Origin: a virus
Taxonomy: Duplodnaviria; Caudoviricetes
IMG/VR virus record: IMGVR_UViG_3300034082_000455
Coordinates: 1 to 26,092 of that record
DNA: 26,092 nucleotides
Direction: 5' to 3' (one strand)
In this document: positions 18,055 through 25,775 of the stretch, piece after piece
Layout: each line of letters opens with the position of its first letter
Numbering within the stretch: the first letter of the stretch is position 1
Notes under the pieces: generated by a model
Seen by the model: only the letters and a program-made list of their open reading frames with translations
What the model was told of the DNA's origin: nothing
The model's database searches: none
Translations under genes and position numbers: made by a program

Positions 18055-20430
18055 TTATCCTGGGAAATCACCTAAGTCGGCGTTGTTTTGTGCAATCTCT
18101 TCATCGGTATATCCACTACCTTCCCATCCGGCAATATCAATTCCATACAGCGGATTGCTTTCATTATAACTTGCATCATCAGTATTAACGCCGGTGTCTG
18201 GAGTATCTTGTTTGCTGATATCAGCTGCAAATATCTTTTTGCTCGGTCCTTTGTAAGGATCGTAGTCTTGTGGCTGATTTGGCATACGAGTAGCTTCGAT
18301 TGTTTGTGTAAATTTTCCATCACTAAATTTATTGTCACAATAGAGAACTTTATAAATTCCACTGTAAGGATTGATTGGTTCATTAGGTGGAAAATTGTAC
18401 AAGCCACCTACTCCTGAAGTTCCAAGATTGGGTTCCACTGGAGTTCTAAAAATTACTCTTATATGAGTATCTGCTCCTTGATAGTTTACACTACCGCCAG
18501 CATCTCTCATAATATATGGTTGTCCGTCATGCTCGTCGCCTAGATAATTGCCCATACCACTATCGCTAATCCAATAAGGGTCTCCTAAAATTTCTAAATT
18601 AATCTTAGTCATGTCACCGGTGCCTTGATTTAGAATAGCATTTTTCAGCGTTTCTGCAACTCTTCGAGCAACTGTTTGCGCACCATATCCGCCCTTAGTG
18701 GTTTGTTTAGTCACTGACATATCACCAAGTGCTGGCGCAGCATCTACAGTAGTGGCAGCATCTGCTGTGTCAGTGTCGGGAACTATATAGATCTGATCTG
18801 GATCTTCTCCTACCGTTGAAGTTGAAGTTGCTATTACACCTGCACTGTTTTCTGGCGGTGCAGGTTGCTTACCAGTATGAAATAATTGATTGATTTGTAT
18901 GTCAAATTTTAAAATATCGTTGTTTTGTCCTGTGTAGATATACTTGTATTCTTTCCCTATAATTTTATTAAGGCCTGGATATCCTGGAGGATTAGCTGTG
19001 GGGTTCCTAAACACACTAGAGTGTACCATAAAAGGTAGTACTCTAAAAATATAAGTTCGCTGGCGTGTATTTCTTTTAAGATCAAAATCTCCAATTTTGA
19101 TTTGTACATCAACTCTAAACCAACTTATTCTTCCTTCACTGTCTAGCTTCGATGGGTCAAGGGCATTTTTTGCATAATCAGAACTTAGTATAACTTCTTG
19201 GATGACATTCTGTATGGTTGCACCGGCTTCAAAAGAAAACTCTCGTTGTTTAGGATCAATGGTTAGAGAATTTCGTTTAATCAACCCCGTAGCTTCATCT
19301 GTAACATCGTTTTCAAATCCAAAATTCATGTTACCGCCAGAGGTGGCTCCAAATCCTAAACTACTAGTTCCAATAATACCATTTCCGTAACTTAAAGAAT
19401 CTTGTCCGGTTCTGCCCTTGATAGGCGATGATTCAGGCGCTTGGGGGTCAGCGGTTGCCTGTTGCTCTGTTTCAAATTGTTCGGCACCGGCACCGGGAAG
19501 GCCAATAGGGTCATTCCATTTTTCTGGAAATACAACAATATATTTGTCATTTAAATCTTGAGTCTTGGGAACTAGATCCATCTGTGCTTTGTTAAGAATA
19601 CTGCATAGACTAGTATTGCCTGCTACCAACATTTCTTTAATATTTTCGCCACGAAGTTTAATGTTGTTTACGATCTGTTGAGCAACATTGGTAAATCCGG
19701 TGTGATTGAGTGGCACTGCTTCACACTTGTAGGTGCTGCCGCCTTCATTGGTTGTAAAGTTAACTTTTGTAAATTGTATAACAAAATATTTGTTTAGTGC
19801 TTCACTGCTGCCAAACATTTGTCCGTTGTCTTTGTGTCCAACAAATTCTAATTTTAATAAGTATGGTGTTCCGTTGTAATTAGGATAGCCTGCGTTGATA
19901 GCTGCGGTTTGTAAACTGTGAATAAAATAGCCCATTGAATATGGTTCATAGACTTCAAAGGCAAAATTAATAACATTAGTCGAGCCACTGGCCTTTGTTG
20001 CTGCCAGTGTCATTCTCATGTTAAAATTATTGACAAAATATTCAGGTGCTCCAACAATGGTCTGTGTGCGCTGACTAGCAAATCGACCTGCTGAAGAAAA
20101 TACTACATTTTGTAAAGCGCCGGGCTTTCCTCTATATTGACTTGGATCGTTGAACTGATCAGGTGAAAGGCAAGCCAATGTCCATAATGGAGTGTATGAT
20201 GCAAATTGTTCGAGAATATTTTCATACGGGGGGCCGTTAGCCGTTGACTGTTGTTGAAACCCAGCAAGACTATAAAAATCAATGTCACCTAAATTAGCAA
20301 AATCGCCAACATTACAACTTGCCAAGGCTTCTGTAGCGCCTGTTACAACCGATGCAACTCCAGATGGAACATTTGTTACACCCGGGTCATCTTCGTAGGT
20401 GCTGCCATTAAATCCTATTTCATCCCACAT
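18055..20430 (-). CDS. Baseplate hub protein, T4 gp27 / VgrG-N-like (791 aa)
   Basis: Lies between the gp53-like and gp5-like genes. The C-terminal hub-like motifs are INLEILGDPYW and YSGIYKVLYCDNKFSDGKFTQTIEATR. Confidence 0.65.
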   Translation of the reverse strand: MWDEIGFNGSTYEDDPGVTNVPSGVASVVTGATEALASCNVGDFANLGDIDFYSLAGFQQQSTANGPPYENILEQFASYTPLWTLACLSPDQFNDPSQYRGKPGALQNVVFSSAGRFASQRTQTIVGAPEYFVNNFNMRMTLAATKASGSTNVINFAFEVYEPYSMGYFIHSLQTAAINAGYPNYNGTPYLLKLEFVGHKDNGQMFGSSEALNKYFVIQFTKVNFTTNEGGSTYKCEAVPLNHTGFTNVAQQIVNNIKLRGENIKEMLVAGNTSLCSILNKAQMDLVPKTQDLNDKYIVVFPEKWNDPIGLPGAGAEQFETEQQATADPQAPESSPIKGRTGQDSLSYGNGIIGTSSLGFGATSGGNMNFGFENDVTDEATGLIKRNSLTIDPKQREFSFEAGATIQNVIQEVILSSDYAKNALDPSKLDSEGRISWFRVDVQIKIGDFDLKRNTRQRTYIFRVLPFMVHSSVFRNPTANPPGYPGLNKIIGKEYKYIYTGQNNDILKFDIQINQLFHTGKQPAPPENSAGVIATSTSTVGEDPDQIYIVPDTDTADAATTVDAAPALGDMSVTKQTTKGGYGAQTVARRVAETLKNAILNQGTGDMTKINLEILGDPYWISDSGMGNYLGDEHDGQPYIMRDAGGSVNYQGADTHIRVIFRTPVEPNLGTSGVGGLYNFPPNEPINPYSGIYKVLYCDNKFSDGKFTQTIEATRMPNQPQDYDPYKGPSKKIFAADISKQDTPDTGVNTDDASYNESNPLYGIDIAGWEGSGYTDEEIAQNNADLGDFPG

Positions 20431-20431
20431 A

Positions 20432-20749
20432 TTATATTCCTAAATAATTCTGTAGATTTGATTTCTTAGGAATAAAAATAACCGTTCCTGGTTCAAAGTC
20501 ATAGATGCAATCTTTGATAACGTCCATATTTCTTTGAACAAATACCCACCATAATTTAGGGTCACCATACAGGTCAAAGGCCAGTAGGTCAGGCCGGTGA
20601 CGATATTGATTTTCAATAACATATTTGAAGTCATCACTTTCTGCAGGCACTGGGCGAATTGACAGTATGTCAAGGTACAACCTGTTCTGTTTAGTAGTGG
20701 CCCATGGGCTAGTCTTTTTGTATTTGACCGTATTAGATTGTGTAGCCAT
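20432..20749 (-). CDS. Baseplate wedge protein, T4 gp53-like (LysM-like fold)
   Basis: YRHRPDLLAFDLYGDPKLWWVFVQRN...GTVIFIP matches the gp53 RP(D/E)..A..LYG....W motif. Confidence 0.85.
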   Translation of the reverse strand: MATQSNTVKYKKTSPWATTKQNRLYLDILSIRPVPAESDDFKYVIENQYRHRPDLLAFDLYGDPKLWWVFVQRNMDVIKDCIYDFEPGTVIFIPKKSNLQNYLGI

Positions 20750-20752
20750 ATA

Positions 20753-21781
20753 TTAAATATATCCCTTGGTGCTCATTGAGCCTGATGCATATTCTTGTAG
20801 ACTAAACTGACGAAGTTTACTTCTGTTGTATATCGGTGTTACAGTAACAGAAATTTTACTTAGGATAGGAACCCATGTAGCTTGGCCAAAATTGTTAGAC
20901 GAACATTTGATATAGTTTACATCTTCGGGTAAGTCAACTGAAAAACTTTTTACCACAACTGGAATAGAATTTAACACTCCGGGACCGTAGCCGCTTAGAT
21001 TACAGATCACCGGTGGATTACCAGCGTTTGTGCTCTTACCAAAAAACATTTTAGTAGATGCTTTAAAAAATGTTGTGGCTTGTATCCAGTAGGCTGCATC
21101 TTGTTCTGTTTCGCAACTAAATTCACCAGATATTTGTATGTCGTCAACTGAGCTGCTTTTGTATGCTTGAAACGGATAGTTGCTGTGTACTGGATCAATA
21201 GCAGAGTAGTTGGCTTTAGTAGCTATAGTTATCGATGGGTTGTAGGGCCAAACTACTCCGTTGGTTTCTTGTAATAAGCTAAAAGCGTTATCTCCGAATA
21301 GTCCAAAGTTGCAGTTGATTCTAACACGCCAGTCTTCGGCATTGCCTGATTGTAGTTCTACAAACGATCCTCGTTGTTCAAACAACTCTCCGCTTGCTGG
21401 TAAATTTTTACCCCTAAACAAGCTAAGTACATTATTGAGCTGGCCTGCTCCTGAGGAAATAGCACTGGCAAATCCTCCTACAGCGCCTATTGCGCCGCCG
21501 ATTCCTGCACCATTGATACTTCTTCCGATATCACCGGCAATGTTTGTAATGCTACCTATACCTTTTAATGCAGTACCTATGTCACCGAAGCCGCCTGCAC
21601 TTAGACCGTTTAATGCCGATCCGATGCCGCCGCCTAGTTTGTTTACTGTGTCTTCGAGACCACGCATACCGGCATTCATGCCGCCACTACCGAAGCCACC
21701 GCCGAATTGATTAGTAACTGCACTGACTGCACTCTTAGCTGAACTAAGAATTGAGGAGAACGGATTGAGTGAAAGACCCAT
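20753..21781 (-). CDS. Tail-tube initiator / baseplate protein, T4 gp48/gp54-like, with Gly-rich N-terminus
   Basis: Tube-fold C-terminal domain GVVWPYNPSITI..ANY...HSNY...PPVICNLSGYG...IPVVVKSFSVDLPEDVNY. Start moved from 21817 to ATG 21781, which has an AAGGA SD and leaves the promoter region non-coding. Confidence 0.65.
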   Translation of the reverse strand: MGLSLNPFSSILSSAKSAVSAVTNQFGGGFGSGGMNAGMRGLEDTVNKLGGGIGSALNGLSAGGFGDIGTALKGIGSITNIAGDIGRSINGAGIGGAIGAVGGFASAISSGAGQLNNVLSLFRGKNLPASGELFEQRGSFVELQSGNAEDWRVRINCNFGLFGDNAFSLLQETNGVVWPYNPSITIATKANYSAIDPVHSNYPFQAYKSSSVDDIQISGEFSCETEQDAAYWIQATTFFKASTKMFFGKSTNAGNPPVICNLSGYGPGVLNSIPVVVKSFSVDLPEDVNYIKCSSNNFGQATWVPILSKISVTVTPIYNRSKLRQFSLQEYASGSMSTKGYI

Positions 21782-21801
21782 AAGAAATATTCCTTTTAGT
21801 C

Positions 21802-21809
21802 TATTTATT
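21802..21809 (-). promoter_or_regulatory. Candidate T4-type late promoter (AATAAATA) driving the baseplate operon
   Basis: Minus strand AATAAATA-gactaa-AAGGA-atatttctt-ATG. It is a 7/8 match to the T4 consensus TATAAATA at the head of a structural operon. Confidence 0.65.
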
Positions 21810-21819
21810 CTTGACAAAA

Positions 21820-21830
21820 TGTGTTATTAT
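21820..21830 (+). promoter_or_regulatory. Candidate extended -10 sigma70 promoter (TGTG-T-TATTAT) for the gp55-like gene
   Basis: TRTGn followed by TATTAT. The predicted start site is ~21837. The nearby TTGACA (21811-21816) is only 8 nt away, so it is not a normally spaced -35. Confidence 0.5.
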
Positions 21831-21837
21831 ATAAGTA

Positions 21838-22719
21838 ATGGAGAACCCTATAACTATGACAATCAGTGCGCAACCACCTAAAATCAAGTACTTAACCAAC
21901 AAAGATCTACTACGAGAAATACATCTAAGCAAGAATACTTACTGTAGTTTTACAAGTCCCGACTACAGCGAGTATGATTTAATTTTGCCAAATATCAGCA
22001 AAATAAATGTTAGAACAATTGCTGAAGCAAAAAGAAATCAAGCCTCTAGACTAAGCAAACGAGCTCACGAACTAGCAGTACTAACAGGCGGTAAAAAGCT
22101 ACCTGCAAAAGAGTTTGAAGTAGATTATAAAACAATTAAAAAAGTAGATGTTGTGTTCCGCATCATGACCTTTGAACACATACCGTTAGCACCGGGTCGT
22201 AAGAAGACTCTCAAGAATACAGCTGACAGTCACGACAAAGTAAACTTTCCTCCCTTCCAACATTGGAAGTTTGACGACAATGAAAATCTAATACTGGTAG
22301 GAAAAAGTCATTGGAAGGGGCCGTTAGACACAGGCGAGTTTAACAAAGAGCACGGCAAGATGACTAACAACCTAGCCCGCATGTTTTTAAAACTTTGTGA
22401 AAGATACGCCACTCGTGGCAATGTTCGTGGCTACACCTACAACGACGAAATGCGTGGGCAAGCCATTCTCCAACTAACTCAAATAGGACTCCAATTCGAT
22501 GAAAGTAAATCTGATAATCCTTTTGCTTACTATACTGCTGCTGTCACTAATTCATTCGTTAGAATTATCAACATTGAGAAACGCAATCAAAACATTCGAG
22601 ACGATATTTTAGAAATGAACGGAATGAATCCCAGTTGGACTAGACAGAACAGTGGAGGTTCGGGAACCTATGGTGGAACTGGCGCAAGTTCTGGTGAAGG
22701 TGGTGGTGATTGGGATTGA
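21838..22719 (+). CDS. Late-transcription sigma factor, T4 gp55-like, with a large insertion (start may be ATG 21856)
   Basis: N-terminal YLTNKDLLREI and core RGYTYNDEMRGQAILQL...FDESKSDNPFAYYTAAVTNSFVRIINIEKR resemble gp55. The gene order 55-47-46 is as in T4-like phages. GGAG at 21840-21843 could serve the ATG at 21856. Confidence 0.85.
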   Translation: MENPITMTISAQPPKIKYLTNKDLLREIHLSKNTYCSFTSPDYSEYDLILPNISKINVRTIAEAKRNQASRLSKRAHELAVLTGGKKLPAKEFEVDYKTIKKVDVVFRIMTFEHIPLAPGRKKTLKNTADSHDKVNFPPFQHWKFDDNENLILVGKSHWKGPLDTGEFNKEHGKMTNNLARMFLKLCERYATRGNVRGYTYNDEMRGQAILQLTQIGLQFDESKSDNPFAYYTAAVTNSFVRIINIEKRNQNIRDDILEMNGMNPSWTRQNSGGSGTYGGTGASSGEGGGDWD

Positions 22720-22744
22720 CCTTGGTGTTAAATGTTGTTAAACT
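22716..22744 (+). promoter_or_regulatory. Sigma70-type promoter upstream of the gp47-like gene
   Basis: TTGACC (22716-22721), a 17-nt spacer ending TGT, then TAAACT (22739-22744). SD AAGGAG at 22749-22754 and ATG at 22760. Confidence 0.7.
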
Positions 22745-22759
22745 AACTAAGGAGATTCT

Positions 22760-23770
22760 ATGTCATTATTTAAAAAAGTAGCTTGTTTCACCGATATACA
22801 TTTCGGTCTAAAATCAGGAAGCCGTACACATAATCAAGACTGCGAAGATTTCGTTGATTGGTTTTGTGATACTGCCATAGCACAAGGTGCAGAAACATGC
22901 ATCTTCCTAGGCGACTGGCACCATAATCGTAATACTACAGATGTTAGTACTATGAACTACACAGTGTCAAACCTAGAACGACTGAGTAAATCCTTTGAGA
23001 AAGTCTATGTTATTCTAGGCAATCACGATGAGTTCTATAAAGACAAGCGTGAAATTCACAGTCTCGAATTTGCAAGATTGTTCCCTAACATTGAATTAGT
23101 AAATGAAACTATGACTGCGGGTGATGTAACTATCATGCCTTGGCTAGTAGGTGATGAGTGGCGCAGTGTATCTAAAATACAAAGTCGTTATATCTTTGGT
23201 CATTTAGAATTACCCTTGTTTATGATGAACGCTATGGTACAGATGCCGGATCACGGACAATTACAGAGCGATCATTTTGTCAATCAAGAATATGTGTTCA
23301 GTGGGCACTTTCACAAGCGGCAGAGCAAAGGCAGTATTACCTATATTGGTAATTGTTTTCCGCACAACTATGCAGATGCAGGCGATGATGATCGCGGTAT
23401 GATGATATTAGCGTGGGGTGGTAAGCCAGAGTATCACACTTGGCCAGGACAACCTACTTTTAGAACTTACAAACTGAGTCAGATTATCGATCGCCCGGAC
23501 GAATTGCTACGAGAGCGTATGCATTGCCGTGTGACTATCGACTTGCCTATTAGTTTTGAAGAAGCAAACTTTATCAAAGAAACATTTATGCCTCAGTATA
23601 AGTTGCGTGAGCTTATGCTGATTCCAGAAAAAGTAGATGTTGAATCCGGTAATGCTCCTATTGATATCAACTTTGAATCAGTTGATACTATTGTTATGAA
23701 TCAAATCAATGCCATTGACAGCGATACTTTCGACAAAGGCCTGTTATTGGAGATCTATAGAGAACTATGA
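22760..23770 (+). CDS. Recombination nuclease subunit, T4 gp47 / Mre11 / SbcD-like
   Basis: Metallophosphoesterase motifs DIHFG, GDWHH, GNHD, GHLE and GHFH. Strong SD. Confidence 0.95.
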   Translation: MSLFKKVACFTDIHFGLKSGSRTHNQDCEDFVDWFCDTAIAQGAETCIFLGDWHHNRNTTDVSTMNYTVSNLERLSKSFEKVYVILGNHDEFYKDKREIHSLEFARLFPNIELVNETMTAGDVTIMPWLVGDEWRSVSKIQSRYIFGHLELPLFMMNAMVQMPDHGQLQSDHFVNQEYVFSGHFHKRQSKGSITYIGNCFPHNYADAGDDDRGMMILAWGGKPEYHTWPGQPTFRTYKLSQIIDRPDELLRERMHCRVTIDLPISFEEANFIKETFMPQYKLRELMLIPEKVDVESGNAPIDINFESVDTIVMNQINAIDSDTFDKGLLLEIYREL

Positions 23771-25545
23771 TTAAAATTAAAAATCTAACTGTACGCAATT
23801 TCATGAGTGTGGGCGCACAGACGCAGGCCATTGACTTTGACAAAGGACAACTAACTCTTGTCTTAGGTGAGAACTTAGATCTAGGTGGGGATGACAGCGG
23901 AGCTCGTAACGGTACCGGTAAAACTACCATCATCAACGGTCTCAGCTATGCTATCTACGGCAATGCTCTAACTAACATCAAGAAAGACAATCTTGTTAAC
24001 AAGATCAACGGCAAAGGCATGCTGACTACTGTAACCTTTGAAAAGGACGGTGTCAACTATCACATCGAGCGAGGTCGTAAACCTAATGTCTTGAAGTTTA
24101 CTGTAAACGGTCACGCACACGAAGACAAGAATCAAGACGAAAGTCAAGGCGACAGTAGAGAAACACAAAAAGAAATCGAAGATGTATTTGGCATGACTCA
24201 CGACATGTTTAAACATCTTGTGGCTCTGAACACTTACACTGAACCGTTTTTGAGTATGAAGGCTGCTGATCAACGAGCAATCATTGAACAGTTGTTGGGT
24301 ATTACACAGTTAAGCGAAAAAGCCGAAGCATTAAAAGAACAAATTAAAAATAGCAAAGACTCTATTGTTACTGAGAACACTAAAATTGAAACTATTCGTT
24401 CTAGCAACGATAGAATTCAGCAGAGCATTGACTCGCTTGAGCGTAAAGCCAAGATGTGGACTGAACAGAACGAAGTCAGTGTTACTAATCTAGCAAGAGC
24501 CATTGAGAAATTGCTGGATATTGATATTGATCAAGAAATTCTAGCACATAGATCACTAGATGCATATAACGCCAAGCGTAAAAGTATTAACGAAATTTCT
24601 AGTTGGATCAAACGCTGTGAATTAGATGAAGCTAGAGAAAACAAAGATATAGAAAAACTCAAAGCGGATATTGCCAGTTTAGAAAATCATACCTGTCATA
24701 GTTGCGGACAAGGGTTTCACGATGACAAACAGGTAGCACTGCTAGAAAAGAAGCGTAAAGATCTGCAAGAAACTGCACTTCAGGCCTTGTCCACGAATAC
24801 ACAATGGATGGAACATACTGACGCTCTTAAGGAATTAGGTGAACTAGGCGAATGTCCTGTTGTGGTCTATGACAATCTTGAGCAGGCATTGAATCATAAA
24901 AACACTCTCAGTGGGTTTGAGCGTGATTTAGAAATCAAAGCAGCTGAAACCAATCCATATACCGAACAAATAGAAGAACTAAGACATACTGCGGTGCAGG
25001 TAATTGATTATAACAGTCTCAACGAGATGGTTCGTGTCAAGGATCATCAAGAGTTTTTGCATAAACTGTTGACAAACAAAGATAGTTTTATCCGCAAGCG
25101 AATTATTGATCAGAACTTGGCCTATTTGAATCAGCGACTGACCTATTATCTAGATCGCATAGGCTTGCCGCACACTGTTGAATTTCAAAATGATCTAAGT
25201 GTGATCATTACACAACTGGGTCAAGACCTGGACTTTGATAATCTAAGTCGTGGCGAACGCAATCGCCTGATCCTAAGTCTAAGTTGGGCGTTCCGTGATG
25301 TATGGGAGAATCTATATCAGGCTATCAACTTGCTGTTTATTGATGAATTAGTAGATAGTGGCATGGATGCATCAGGTGTTGAGTCAAGTATTGCTGTGTT
25401 AAAGAAGATGACTCGTGAAAGAAACAAGAATGTATTCTTGATCAGTCACCGAGATGACTTAACCAGCAGGGTGAATCATGTGTTGAGAGTTATAAAAGAA
25501 AACGGATTCACCAGCTATTCGAATGATGTGGAGATTGTTGCTTGA
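23767..25545 (+). CDS. Recombination ATPase subunit, T4 gp46 / Rad50 / SbcC-like
   Basis: Walker A NGTGKTT, coiled coil with CHSC zinc hook, signature LSRGE, Walker B LLFIDE, H-loop ISH. ATGA overlap with the gp47-like gene. Confidence 0.95.
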   Translation: MIKIKNLTVRNFMSVGAQTQAIDFDKGQLTLVLGENLDLGGDDSGARNGTGKTTIINGLSYAIYGNALTNIKKDNLVNKINGKGMLTTVTFEKDGVNYHIERGRKPNVLKFTVNGHAHEDKNQDESQGDSRETQKEIEDVFGMTHDMFKHLVALNTYTEPFLSMKAADQRAIIEQLLGITQLSEKAEALKEQIKNSKDSIVTENTKIETIRSSNDRIQQSIDSLERKAKMWTEQNEVSVTNLARAIEKLLDIDIDQEILAHRSLDAYNAKRKSINEISSWIKRCELDEARENKDIEKLKADIASLENHTCHSCGQGFHDDKQVALLEKKRKDLQETALQALSTNTQWMEHTDALKELGELGECPVVVYDNLEQALNHKNTLSGFERDLEIKAAETNPYTEQIEELRHTAVQVIDYNSLNEMVRVKDHQEFLHKLLTNKDSFIRKRIIDQNLAYLNQRLTYYLDRIGLPHTVEFQNDLSVIITQLGQDLDFDNLSRGERNRLILSLSWAFRDVWENLYQAINLLFIDELVDSGMDASGVESSIAVLKKMTRERNKNVFLISHRDDLTSRVNHVLRVIKENGFTSYSNDVEIVA

Positions 25546-25775
25546 CAACTGAATCTCACGATAAGATGATCCGTGCCTTTCAGGAATATTTCAAATGGCA
25601 GGATCGTTTTGAGTACAGAGGCAGCGACGAGGCAGGAGTAAAGGCACGGTATTGGCTAAGTGAAATACGCAACGAGGCATCAATTAGGCGAGTAGAAATA
25701 CAAACAAAACGAGACGAACGAAAACAAGCCAGAAAAGGCATGGTAGGAAGGCCCCCCAAGATACATAAGGGATGA
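25542..25775 (+). CDS. Small basic helical protein, possibly histone H1-like Hc1 family
   Basis: TTG start overlapping the gp46 TGA (TTGA), with GGAG 8 nt upstream. Its stop overlaps the next ATG. Motif FEYRGSDEAGVKARYWLSEIRNEASIRRVEIQ and a basic C-terminal tail. Confidence 0.65.
   Translation: MTTESHDKMIRAFQEYFKWQDRFEYRGSDEAGVKARYWLSEIRNEASIRRVEIQTKRDERKQARKGMVGRPPKIHKG

Noticed and set aside
15859-20430. Bacterial T6SS or eCIS/tailocin interpretation of the VgrG-like and gp25-like genes
   Set aside because: Adjacent gp55, gp47, gp46 and GIY-YIG genes and T4-type late promoters indicate a phage genome. No Tss membrane-complex genes are present.
13643-21710. Antisense and alternative-frame ORFs inside gp6, gp5, hub, gp53 and gp48-like genes (e.g. 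21261..21710 +, 149 aa)
   Set aside because: They are fully nested in well-supported genes. The Pro-rich 149 aa ORF is just the reverse complement of Gly codons.
21782-21817. Longer start (MSRINRLKGIFL) for the gp48/54-like gene
   Set aside because: It has no SD and overlaps the promoter elements. ATG 21781 has an AAGGA SD downstream of the late promoter.
25542-25570. TTGACA at 25542-25547 as a -35 element
   Set aside because: The best -10 (TAAGAT) is at a 14-nt spacer, and the 17-nt position reads GATGAT. The TTG/TGA overlap explains the hexamer.
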